64,000 nucleotides of DNA from Candidatus Borrarchaeum weybense (GTDB lineage Archaea; Asgardarchaeota; Sifarchaeia; Borrarchaeales; Borrarchaeaceae), in the NCBI GenBank assembly GCA_019057385.1, contig JAHQJS010000006.1, positions 192,001 through 256,000 on the forward strand. Reading direction: 5' to 3'. This document shows, piece by piece, positions 52,100 to 61,525 of the stretch; positions within the stretch are counted from its first letter, which is position 1; each line of letters starts with the position of its first letter. The translations under genes and the position numbers were made by a program. The notes under the pieces were generated by a model. That model searched no databases, was not told where the DNA came from, and saw only the letters and a program-made list of their open reading frames with translations.

Positions 52100-53293
52100 T
52101 TACACAATATTGAACGACTGTTCTAGATCTGAAATTATATCATTAGCATCTTCTATTCCCACAGCCAATCTTATCATGCCGTCAGTGATTCCAAGTTTCA
52201 ATCTTTCTTCTCTTTCAATGTAAAAGTGGCTAGATGTAGCGGGTTGTGTAACTAGACTTTCAACGCCTCCAAGACTAGGCGTTAACGCACAGAGTTTTAG
52301 GTTTTCCACAAACTTGATGGCTGTCTCTAAGTCGCCTTTAATTTCAAAAGTTACTACGGAACCAAAACCTCTCATCTGCTCTTTCGCCACGCTAAAATGC
52401 GGGTGACTAACAAGGCCTGGATAGTACACTTTCTCAACTTTTGGATGACTTTCAAGATATCTTGCAACTCTTGTCGCATTGTGATTGAGCCTTGCCATCC
52501 GTGGCACTAACGTTTTCATCCCTCGGATGAGCAACCATGCAGCATGAGGGTCCAAGACACCCCCAAGAAGTTTTCTAGTCGCTGTAAGGGAATTAATAAA
52601 TTCTTTTGATCCTGAGACTACACCCGCAATTATATCATTATGCCCTCCAAGATACTTTGTAGCACTATGAATAACTACGTCAATGCCCATTTTGTATGGT
52701 TGTTGATTGAATGGCGAAGCGAAGGTATTATCTACAATCGTAATTATACCCTTCTCCTTGCCGATCTCAGCGACCTTCTTTAAGTCTACAACCTTTACTG
52801 TGGGATTCGTAGGCGATTCGGTATAGATGGCTACCGTGTTCGACTTTATTGCTGACTCGATGCCTTCATAGTCAGTGGGGTCAACCATGCTTATCTCTAC
52901 GCCGAATTTTGTCAGGATATTGTTGAAGAACGAAAGAGATCCACCATAGAGTTCATTAGTAGAAACGATGTGGCTACCAGAAGAAGCAAGACTCAATATC
53001 ACGGTGGTTATGGCTGCCATACCTGAAGAGAAAACTGCAGCATCCTCAGCACCTTCAAGTTCAGCTACTTTCTTCTCTGCAACTCTCAAAGTAGGATTGC
53101 TAATTCTGCTGTAAATATGTCCTTCAATCTCTTTGCCGGACATCACAGCTATTAAATCTTGGGTACTGGAGAATGCAAATACACTTGTTTGATAAATTGG
53201 TGTAATTACAGATCCACTAGAAGGATCTCGTTTCTCACCTGCATGTACAGCTTTAGTAGACATGCCTTTTTCTTTTTCATTCATCTTTTTCAC
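52100..53293 (-). CDS. PLP-dependent Cys/Met metabolism enzyme (methionine gamma-lyase / cystathionine gamma-synthase family)
   Basis: PIYQTS, YSRISNPT, SSGMAAI, DNTFASP, HSATKYLGGH, SLGG. Confidence 0.88.
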   Translation of the reverse strand: MKKMNEKEKGMSTKAVHAGEKRDPSSGSVITPIYQTSVFAFSSTQDLIAVMSGKEIEGHIYSRISNPTLRVAEKKVAELEGAEDAAVFSSGMAAITTVILSLASSGSHIVSTNELYGGSLSFFNNILTKFGVEISMVDPTDYEGIESAIKSNTVAIYTESPTNPTVKVVDLKKVAEIGKEKGIITIVDNTFASPFNQQPYKMGIDVVIHSATKYLGGHNDIIAGVVSGSKEFINSLTATRKLLGGVLDPHAAWLLIRGMKTLVPRMARLNHNATRVARYLESHPKVEKVYYPGLVSHPHFSVAKEQMRGFGSVVTFEIKGDLETAIKFVENLKLCALTPSLGGVESLVTQPATSSHFYIEREERLKLGITDGMIRLAVGIEDANDIISDLEQSFNIV

Positions 53294-53318
53294 TTCTTTA
53301 GTTAACGAGTTTGTTCAG

Positions 53319-54239
53319 TTAAGAGGTATTTTTTGCGGACGTCCATTCGACGTGCGCCATTATATCATCCCATCGTTCGTCTATCAGTCTTTGATATTCA
53401 CCCATTTGCTCCTCTGTCATCTTAGCGAATCTTCTTTGTTCCTTTATGAATTCATTAACAGGACGCCTTCCCTTATCAAGGACCTTCTTTGAAGGGGTAC
53501 TAAGTTTGTAAACTCCGTCTTCTATTTCATAAAGAATATGGACGCCTGTTTCGACTGCTAGTCTTCCAATTTTGATCGTCTCGTTTGTTGGGAAGCCCCA
53601 ACCAGGAGGGCAAGGTGCGAAGATCTCAATATACCTAAATCCTTCCTTATCTTTGGATTTTGTGAATTTCTTGAAGAGATCATGTGGATAAGACGGTGAA
53701 CCTGTAGCTAAATATGGAATCTTGTGTGCCGCAACGATGGCTTGCATATCCTTTTCTGCGACAATTTTGCCTGTTTGAGTCGTTGTCGTATATGCACCAA
53801 AAGGAGTTGCACCACTTCGCTGGGTACCAGTATTCATATACGCTTGATTGTTGTAACAGACATAAATCATAGGATCTTTACGTTCTGCTGCACCTGAAAG
53901 TGTTTGCAGTCCAATATCAAAGGTTCCACCATCTCCTGCCCAACAAAGCACGTTAGTTTCCTTATCTCCTTTTATTTTCAATGCAGCAGCTATTCCTGTT
54001 GCTGTTGATGCAGTTGCAGTAAAGGCTACAAACATCATTGGGACTTTAACAGCAGTCTTTGGGTATAAACTGGTCATTGGTACGCTGCACGAAGCAGGCA
54101 TAATAATAATTACTTTGTTTCCTAATGCTTTCAGCGCAGTTCGTAAAGAAAGTGCGCTTGTGCAAGCTGGGCAACTTGCCAGTCCAGGGTATACGAGTTC
54201 GTTTTCTGAAAATATGGTTTGCTTTTCCATCTCAATCAC
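53319..54239 (-). CDS. porB: 2-oxoacid:ferredoxin oxidoreductase beta subunit
   Basis: CPAC, GDGGTFDIG, YMNTGTQRS, PCPPGW. Confidence 0.88.
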   Translation of the reverse strand: MIEMEKQTIFSENELVYPGLASCPACTSALSLRTALKALGNKVIIIMPASCSVPMTSLYPKTAVKVPMMFVAFTATASTATGIAAALKIKGDKETNVLCWAGDGGTFDIGLQTLSGAAERKDPMIYVCYNNQAYMNTGTQRSGATPFGAYTTTTQTGKIVAEKDMQAIVAAHKIPYLATGSPSYPHDLFKKFTKSKDKEGFRYIEIFAPCPPGWGFPTNETIKIGRLAVETGVHILYEIEDGVYKLSTPSKKVLDKGRRPVNEFIKEQRRFAKMTEEQMGEYQRLIDERWDDIMAHVEWTSAKNTS

Positions 54240-55402
54240 CTATGAAGTCCGATCCACTTTTCGACAGTTTTTCCTTCAAGAAATCTGTCCATTGTCGTAT
54301 ATTGCTGTTCTATGCTTACATTGCGCCCACCGATCCCAGCTATCACTCCTTGAACACTTGGTCGTGAGCCACCATCGAAATTATATAGTGCAGCCTTCAA
54401 GTCAGTAAACATTGCACCGCCTTCCATCCCAAAGTTGATGTTCTTATCGAAAACTAAGAATTTATCAATTCCTGAATTTGCCAATTCTCTGAATTCTTCA
54501 GTTGGAAAAGGTCTATAAGCCCTAATTTTAACAGAACCGATATTTTTTCCATCCTCGCGCATTTTATCTACTGCTAATTCCGCTTGATCTGATAACATTC
54601 CAGCTGAAACAAAAACGGCTTCTGCATCTTCACATCGATAAGTATTGATAAGATCTCCATGAAACCTGCCAAAATGTTCTTTAAAACGTTTAGCCACTTT
54701 AGCAATTTTTGCTTTTGATCTTTGGACGGCTTCCGATACTTTGAATTTATACTCCATGAAACTTCGTTCTGGCAAAATTACGCTGTTGAATGTTGCTGGA
54801 TTATCTACGTCAAGATAAACATTAGGTCTATTAGTAAGAAATTCGTCAACTTTTGCTTGTTCTGGCACTTCGACTCGGGTGCTTTTATGACTCAAATTGA
54901 ATCCGTCTACACAAACCATGCATGGTATATGGATCGAACTATCCTCCGAGATCTCATACGCTTGAATCACGGTATCTAATACATCTTGTTGATTCGAGGC
55001 GAACATGATATTCCATCCAGTAAGTGCCATTGATACCGCATCTTGATGATCAGACCAAATTGACCAGGGCGGTCCAATCGCTCTGTTTACTAATACCATA
55101 ACAATTGGAACGCGCTGTCCGGCAGCCCAGTGTACCATTTCATCCATGTAAAGTAAGCCCTGACTGCTTGTAGCCGTAAAAGTTCTACTACCAGCCATAG
55201 CCGCCCCAATAAGTGCAGCAAGCGCTGTATGTTCTCCTTCTACTCTAATAAAATCTGCTTTGAGGCTACCATCCGCAATAAATCCAAAAATTGTCTCCAC
55301 AATCTCACTCTGTGGAGTTATTGGGTAAGCTGCTACAACTTCAACTTTAGAGAGCCTTACAGCTTCAGCAGCAGCCCTGTTCCCGCTAAGAATCTTTTTC
55401 AT
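54236..55402 (-). CDS. porA: 2-oxoacid:ferredoxin oxidoreductase alpha subunit
   Basis: AAYPITPQ, EGEH, TATSSQGL, DGFNLSH. Confidence 0.9.
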   Translation of the reverse strand: MKKILSGNRAAAEAVRLSKVEVVAAYPITPQSEIVETIFGFIADGSLKADFIRVEGEHTALAALIGAAMAGSRTFTATSSQGLLYMDEMVHWAAGQRVPIVMVLVNRAIGPPWSIWSDHQDAVSMALTGWNIMFASNQQDVLDTVIQAYEISEDSSIHIPCMVCVDGFNLSHKSTRVEVPEQAKVDEFLTNRPNVYLDVDNPATFNSVILPERSFMEYKFKVSEAVQRSKAKIAKVAKRFKEHFGRFHGDLINTYRCEDAEAVFVSAGMLSDQAELAVDKMREDGKNIGSVKIRAYRPFPTEEFRELANSGIDKFLVFDKNINFGMEGGAMFTDLKAALYNFDGGSRPSVQGVIAGIGGRNVSIEQQYTTMDRFLEGKTVEKWIGLHR

Positions 55403-56352
55403 CGTTTTACCTCCACCATCTCTATGGCATCTTGTTTGCATTCTTCCGCGCAGATACCACAGCCTTTGCAGTAACGTAGATCGATTTTAGGAACGCCTTC
55501 TTTTCCTTTTGTCCAAATAATACAGTTATCAGGACAGTAAATAAAACAGGTTCCACAATTATTACACAATTCTTCTTTAATTTTAGGCTGAATAAGGGCC
55601 CATAAGCCGGTAGGTCCACCTACACCCTCTGTTGGGAAACATAAGGCTATTTCGTTCAGTTCATCGACAGGAGTGCGTTCCATTTCTATAATCGTTGTAT
55701 CCATCCCTTTCTTAGAGGACTCTATTACCAGAGCCTTATTATAAGCGAAAATTGCCGCTTGTTTATTAATGTCACCTATTCTTCCTCCCCATTTACTTTC
55801 AATAATTTTTAAAAAAGTTTCAAGTGAAGCAAGACCGGTGATGTTAAACAAGGCTGCAATTGTTGGCACATTTGGACGTATTTCTTCAAAAGTCGTCGCC
55901 CTACCAAATGCTTCGTTAAAAACTTCACTAAAAATCCCTGAGGCATCAACTGTGGCGACGTTAAAATATCCTAGTTTCCCATTTTCTTTTACTAATTCCT
56001 CTGGGCTTTTCGGTGTATTAAACAGAACAATTCCATCTTCTCTTAATCCATTCAAAAGTTGCTCCTTTCCAACTGAAGCTGGATCGAAGACAACGAGTAC
56101 GTCCTTCTCCACTAACATTTCATAACTTTTAGTCTTTTTTGGGTCATTGTACAGCCCTACAAAACAAGAAATTGGTTTGCCACGACGTTCGGCACCAGGC
56201 GAGTATACTCCAGTAAGGTGCCAATTTGAATCAGACAATCCTTCTAAGAAAAGGGTTGAACCAGTCACTACTCCTTGTCCCCCGATTCCGTAGAAGTAAA
56301 ATTCATTATTTTCTTTTAATTTCTCTTTGAATGATTCAAACGTGCCTTCCAT
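55399..56352 (-). CDS. 2-oxoacid:ferredoxin oxidoreductase gamma-delta fusion
   Basis: GIGGQGVVT and GAERRG gamma domain, followed by CNNCGTCFIYCP / CKGCGICAEEC 2x[4Fe-4S]. Confidence 0.88.
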   Translation of the reverse strand: MEGTFESFKEKLKENNEFYFYGIGGQGVVTGSTLFLEGLSDSNWHLTGVYSPGAERRGKPISCFVGLYNDPKKTKSYEMLVEKDVLVVFDPASVGKEQLLNGLREDGIVLFNTPKSPEELVKENGKLGYFNVATVDASGIFSEVFNEAFGRATTFEEIRPNVPTIAALFNITGLASLETFLKIIESKWGGRIGDINKQAAIFAYNKALVIESSKKGMDTTIIEMERTPVDELNEIALCFPTEGVGGPTGLWALIQPKIKEELCNNCGTCFIYCPDNCIIWTKGKEGVPKIDLRYCKGCGICAEECKQDAIEMVEVKR

Positions 56353-56494
56353 TTTTTCATCACCGGTAACTGCGGTTTTCTAGTGTGCATATTTTATGTG
56401 ATCTTGGATTTTAGAACGGTAATACATTTTGAAAATATAAGTGTTAAGTACCTTATGAGCAAAAAAAGTTGATCATACTAATGCGATATTCGCG

Positions 56495-56546
56495 AATGAG
56501 TTTTAGGCAATGAGTTTCTTCTCATTCTATGCAATGAGTTTCTTCT
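56495..56546. promoter_or_regulatory. Direct-repeat cluster in a divergent promoter region
   Basis: GCAATGAGTTTCTTCT at 56507 and 56531 (24-bp period), plus AATGAGTTT at 56495. Confidence 0.45.
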
Positions 56547-56667
56547 TGCCTCAGATGAAATTCAAATAAAGAGTAAGAACAAATATACCAAAAACAAGCT
56601 TGGATTAAAGAAACATTCATTAACAGATAATCTAAGGGTATATTGCTGGATTTGAATGGTGCGGTAA

Positions 56668-58578
56668 ATGACACGGAGTTTAGCGAAACTCAGTACTTCA
56701 GAAACAAAAACTGTTGCTGAGCAAGCATTTAAAAATGTGGTGGGACGAAAAAAAGAGATACTATTGATATTAAGCTCATTATTAGCTGGAAAACCCATAC
56801 TCCTCGAAGGTCCTCCAGGAGTTAGTAAAACTACAATTTTACGAACTCTAAGTGATATCTTAGATGTACCATTTTACTTTGTTGAAGGTAATGAAGATCT
56901 TACAGCCTCAAAATTAATTGGCTATTTTGATCCTGCTATGGTATTGCAAACTGGGTATATTCCAGAAAATTTCAGAAAAGGTGCTCTTGCTCAAGCTATG
57001 AGAAATGGAGGGATACTTTACATAGAAGAATTAAATCGTGCCCCTCCTGATGCTCTTAATAGTCTAGTCGTAGCCCTTTCAGAAAGACAAATTCATGTCC
57101 CCCGATATGGCAGAATTAGCGCAGAAGAAGATTTTCGCATTGTAGCAGCTATGAATCCTTATGATGACATTGGGGTTCAAAGAATTAGCCGTGCAATTCT
57201 CGATCGTTTTACTAAGCTTCGTTTGGATTATCAGTCAAAGGATGAAGAATTAGAAATTGTGCGAGTAAATACAGGCAGTGATAATGAGTTATTAATTGAA
57301 CTAGGAGTAGAAATCGGTATACAGACCCGAATACATCCTGATCTACGTTTAGGAGCAAGTGTGAGGGGAGCAATAGATTTCGTTTTATTGTGTACAGAAA
57401 AACTGACACTAAAGGATCATCATCTCACTACCGAAGACATTATTGATTGTGCATGTCTGACATTTTCGTCCAAAATATGGCTTTCGGCGACTTCGGAAAA
57501 AACTGAGGAAGAAATCATTCGCGAAATTGTTCAAGGGATTTTAAAGAATAAAGAAGATGAATTAAAGGAAGAATTTGAAAAAGAAGAAAAAAAGGAATCA
57601 CCATCTGAGCCTTCTTCTTCCACATCAGAAACTGATACATGGATTCCAGAAGGAGACGCGATTCAACAAGAGATTGAAGCAGCTATCCAAAATGCAGATA
57701 CAAAAGCATTACTGCAATTCCTTCTTTCAAAGAGATCCTTAAAACGAAAGGTAGGCGATGATCTTTCTGAGATAACAAACCAGTCGTTTAATGAAATCTT
57801 CAACAGACCAGAGGCTCCAGAACTTTATAGTCTGTTAAGAAAAACTCTTAATCGGGAACGTGAGTTGCTAGCGCGAAAATTATCAACACGTATAATCCTT
57901 TCACGTGCACAAATGGTTGCTCCGTATGGACAGAGAAATGGTAAATTTCATCCATCAAGGTTTGACGGGGAATGCCAAATTGATTTACATCGTACAATTG
58001 AAAAATTTGTAGAGAATCGCCCGTCTTTCACGCAGGATGAAATTCTTGTCCGTAAAAGAAAACGAGTCAAACGCACTTACGTCCTCCTCCTTGACGCGTC
58101 AGAATCAATGTACGAACGAAAAATAGGTTTAGCTGCATTGGCAGCCTCAGTTCTGGCCTATAGTCTATTCCGTAAGGACGATTATTACTCAATCATTGCG
58201 TTTCATTCGAAACCGTTTTTAGTTAAGCCTATAAACCAAAATCTGGCCGTGGAACAAGTTGTTAACGATGTGCTGACTATTGAAGCAGGTTATCTAACGA
58301 ATATAGCTTCAGCATTGCAAATGGGCATAGATGAGACAGCTAAAGTAAAATACACGCAGCGTGAAGCATTTCTATTGACAGATGCTGTTTGGACTGAGGG
58401 GAGGGATCCCCGTCCGATTGCTCATGCTGGACTATTTGATAGGATCAATGTTCTTCTCGCAACGGATGGAGACCCTGAATTCGCTGACGAGTTAGCTTAT
58501 AACGGAAATGTTTATCCCATCGAAACTTGGAAGGACATTGTTAAAGCAATAAATAAAGCTCTAACGCCCAACTGTTAA
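56668..58578 (+). CDS. MoxR-type AAA+ ATPase fused to a VWA domain
   Basis: EGPPGVSKT (Walker A), YIEELNR (Walker B), AMNP, LDRF, GASVRG; C-terminal LLDASES MIDAS motif and LLTDA. Confidence 0.88.
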   Translation: MTRSLAKLSTSETKTVAEQAFKNVVGRKKEILLILSSLLAGKPILLEGPPGVSKTTILRTLSDILDVPFYFVEGNEDLTASKLIGYFDPAMVLQTGYIPENFRKGALAQAMRNGGILYIEELNRAPPDALNSLVVALSERQIHVPRYGRISAEEDFRIVAAMNPYDDIGVQRISRAILDRFTKLRLDYQSKDEELEIVRVNTGSDNELLIELGVEIGIQTRIHPDLRLGASVRGAIDFVLLCTEKLTLKDHHLTTEDIIDCACLTFSSKIWLSATSEKTEEEIIREIVQGILKNKEDELKEEFEKEEKKESPSEPSSSTSETDTWIPEGDAIQQEIEAAIQNADTKALLQFLLSKRSLKRKVGDDLSEITNQSFNEIFNRPEAPELYSLLRKTLNRERELLARKLSTRIILSRAQMVAPYGQRNGKFHPSRFDGECQIDLHRTIEKFVENRPSFTQDEILVRKRKRVKRTYVLLLDASESMYERKIGLAALAASVLAYSLFRKDDYYSIIAFHSKPFLVKPINQNLAVEQVVNDVLTIEAGYLTNIASALQMGIDETAKVKYTQREAFLLTDAVWTEGRDPRPIAHAGLFDRINVLLATDGDPEFADELAYNGNVYPIETWKDIVKAINKALTPNC

Positions 58579-58654
58579 GAAACTCAACTTAATCTTTTGC
58601 TGATTGATTTTTAAGTTTAAAAAGAGCGCTAGAAAAAAAATGGTTAATTTAGAT

Positions 58655-59998
58655 CTATTTTTTCAAACCGATTCTTCTGTAGGTCACTCCTGCATTGAGA
58701 AATGTTTCAGCATCTACAGTTTTTCGTCCATCAATGACAATCGGTGTCTTCATAAGGGTCTTGACGTCATTTGGTTGTAATTCCGTAAATTCCTTCCAGT
58801 TTGTGACAATGATACATACATCAGTATCTCTCAAGGCTGCTTCTTTGCTCTCAGTGAATTGAACTTTTTCACCAAAAAGTTGTTTCATATTGTCCATTGC
58901 CTCTGGATCGTACGCCTTTATTGTTGCGTTATTCTTCAGAAGTTCATCGATTACAATAATAGAGGGTGCTTCACGGATATCATCAGTATCTGGTTTAAAG
59001 GCAAGACCAAGAATAGCAAATTGCTTTCCAGAGAGATCGTTACCGATTACGTCTTTACACATGGATATTAGGCGCAAAGGTTGTCTCTTATTTACTTCAA
59101 TCACAGAATTGAGTAATAAGGGATCATAATTTGCCTTTTTTGCTGCTGCAATGATAGCTTTGACATCTTTTGGAAAACAGCTGCCACCAAACCCAGCACC
59201 TGCTCTGAGAAAATAAGGGCTAATTCTGAAATCAAGTCCAATACCTTCTGCTACATCGTAGACGTCTTTGACACCAAGTGCCTCGCACATATTTGAAATA
59301 GTATTGATAAACGAGATTTTTGTAGCTAAAAAGGAATTCGCGCCATATTTAATCATTTCTGCGGTTCTAAGGTCAGTCTTAAGAATGGGGGTCTCTTTGG
59401 GAACCCAATCAAATAACTCACGAACTGTCTCATACGAGCGTTCATCAATTGCGCCAATAACTACTCGATCTGGTTTTAAGAAATCTTCAATAGCATTTCC
59501 CTCACGAAGAAATTCAGGACAAAAAGCAATACCAAAATCTTTTCCTGCCTCTTTTCCTGATTCAGCTTCCAGGATAGGCGTAATTACAGAATCTGTTGTA
59601 CCCGGCACAATTGTAGACTTTGCTGTGACAACAAAATATTCATCTTTTTTCTTTAGAGCCTTGCCAATATCTCGTGCGGCTGACTCAATCCACACAGTGT
59701 CCATTTCTCCGCTCTCTTTAGATGGTGTACCAACGCATATAAATGCTACATCTGAGTTTAATATAGCTTCTTCGGTGTTAATAGTTCCTTTAAGCATTTC
59801 AGTGCTTACCATTTCTTTTAAAAGTTCGTCTAGACCCTTTTCATAAATAGGTGGTTGAGCTGAATTGATCGCCTCAATTTTCTCAGGTATTATATCCACA
59901 CATTTAACAGAAAAGCCTTGTTTGGCGAAACAAACGCCACTTACCAAGCCTACGTATCCTGTACCGATCATTGTAATTTGTTTAGATCTATTTTTCAT
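58655..59998 (-). CDS. ugd: UDP-glucose 6-dehydrogenase
   Basis: GTGYVGL, CVGTP, PEFLREG, GFGGSCFPKD, LAFKPDTDDIRE. Confidence 0.92.
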   Translation of the reverse strand: MKNRSKQITMIGTGYVGLVSGVCFAKQGFSVKCVDIIPEKIEAINSAQPPIYEKGLDELLKEMVSTEMLKGTINTEEAILNSDVAFICVGTPSKESGEMDTVWIESAARDIGKALKKKDEYFVVTAKSTIVPGTTDSVITPILEAESGKEAGKDFGIAFCPEFLREGNAIEDFLKPDRVVIGAIDERSYETVRELFDWVPKETPILKTDLRTAEMIKYGANSFLATKISFINTISNMCEALGVKDVYDVAEGIGLDFRISPYFLRAGAGFGGSCFPKDVKAIIAAAKKANYDPLLLNSVIEVNKRQPLRLISMCKDVIGNDLSGKQFAILGLAFKPDTDDIREAPSIIVIDELLKNNATIKAYDPEAMDNMKQLFGEKVQFTESKEAALRDTDVCIIVTNWKEFTELQPNDVKTLMKTPIVIDGRKTVDAETFLNAGVTYRRIGLKK

Positions 59999-60099
59999 AG
60001 AATCCCCTAAATGCATGCTAATTGATAGATAAAAAGTTAACAACTTGAGTAGAGATTCACATTATCACTGAATTTTTCAATATTTCGCTTATTAAGTGA

Positions 60100-60942
60100 T
60101 TAATTCTCATTAAGTTTGTTCGAAACTAATTTTTCTAGAGCCTCGAAAATCTTCAAGAGTTCGTCCTCAAAAGTAGTTAGAAAACTGTCAAGTAATGTAA
60201 TACGAATTTGATTTTCTGTTTCATCCAAGGAATTTGTGCAGCGATTAAAGTAAAAGCCTTCTAATGTAGCCCTAGTTTTATTGAATAAACTTAGATTTTT
60301 TTCCGAAATACTGTCTGAAAGTTTCTCTAGTAGAGCAAAAAATGAATTATCATTGGACTCAAAATAATCAGATACGAAAAGATCTTCTAACTTTTTGAGT
60401 CTATTTAGATACTCAGTAATCCTTTCAGTATCATTATCCAATATGGAGCTAAAAAAAGAGAAGACAGATGAACTAAAGCCAAATGTTAGCAGTTCTGATT
60501 GAAGAGGTGTTATACCCACAATATCTTTAATTTGAGGATCAATTAAATTAGAGAAATAATCTTTATGATCTTTTAATATTGAATTTGCCATGTTTAGTGG
60601 CTTATGGCTCTCGATGAAGAATATTTTTGCTAAAGAGGGCTTCTGAAGTAAGATATGGATGAGACCTAAATTAAGAAGACAGGCATTCTTTGCAAGAAGT
60701 AATTTATACAGGTTTGAGATTTCTCCACTATCTAACATCTCATTGTCTGATGTTTCTTGCTCAATTATCCGCAAAGCTGATGTATAGTATTTTGCAGCGT
60801 TTTGTAAATCCTGCAAATCCTCCTGATAAGCTGCTGCAGCCCGAATATAGTTATCGACTGCTCCAGTCGGGTCATCGTTCTTGAGACAAAACTCTGCGGA
60901 ATTTAAAAAATGGGTGGGTTGATTAAACCCTTTTTCGCTCAT
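60100..60942 (-). CDS. Alpha-helical TPR/SNAP-like hypothetical protein
   Basis: GAVDNYIRAAAAY...NAAKYYTSAL...CLLNLGLIH helical-repeat pattern. Confidence 0.55.
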   Translation of the reverse strand: MSEKGFNQPTHFLNSAEFCLKNDDPTGAVDNYIRAAAAYQEDLQDLQNAAKYYTSALRIIEQETSDNEMLDSGEISNLYKLLLAKNACLLNLGLIHILLQKPSLAKIFFIESHKPLNMANSILKDHKDYFSNLIDPQIKDIVGITPLQSELLTFGFSSSVFSFFSSILDNDTERITEYLNRLKKLEDLFVSDYFESNDNSFFALLEKLSDSISEKNLSLFNKTRATLEGFYFNRCTNSLDETENQIRITLLDSFLTTFEDELLKIFEALEKLVSNKLNEN

Positions 60943-60988
60943 AAGCACCACCGTTGTTATGTAGCAACGCATAATGTTTTAGTGTAAC

Positions 60989-61516
60989 TTAGATAGGCAT
61001 AGAAGGCAAAAACTGATGCGCCAGTAATATAGTAAGTACAAAGAAAATTGCAACAATAATCCCTGATACCTTTAACCAATTTCTCTCATATTTTTCTGGT
61101 ATACCTCGAAGATCTCCAGGAGCTCCTCCTTTCAATCGTTGTTCAAACCATTTTGAAACGCGAGATCCAAAGGCTGATCCTGTAGGTGGAATTAAATCGA
61201 GGAAAAGATGCGAGCTATAACCGATGAAGAAAGCGGCTAAAAGAAACAAAACCCCGAACTCAAAACTCGTCAAAAAATAAAATACGAATAATACAGCAGG
61301 GATTAGAGGCGAATGAGTGATGGGAGATCGATGATACTTTATGCCAAAATCGAGATCCACATCGGGAGCATGAGAAGCCGCGATAACTACCAGATATCCA
61401 AGAACAGATCCGTTTATAGCTGCCAGTCGAATAACTCCACTACCAAAAAAGAAATATGCAAGAAAAAATACGGTAAACGCTATGCATGCCCAAAATTTGT
61501 GTTCAAATCTATTCAT
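60989..61516 (-). CDS. Membrane-bound metal-dependent hydrolase (YdjM-like)
   Basis: H...PDVD...HRSPITHS...SHLFLD motifs with TM helices. Confidence 0.8.
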   Translation of the reverse strand: MNRFEHKFWACIAFTVFFLAYFFFGSGVIRLAAINGSVLGYLVVIAASHAPDVDLDFGIKYHRSPITHSPLIPAVLFVFYFLTSFEFGVLFLLAAFFIGYSSHLFLDLIPPTGSAFGSRVSKWFEQRLKGGAPGDLRGIPEKYERNWLKVSGIIVAIFFVLTILLAHQFLPSMPI

Positions 61517-61525
61517 AGAATCACC

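Noticed and set aside
56495-56546. Possible mini-CRISPR array
   Set aside because: Repeats of 16 bp with an 8-bp gap are far too short, only two full copies, no cas genes
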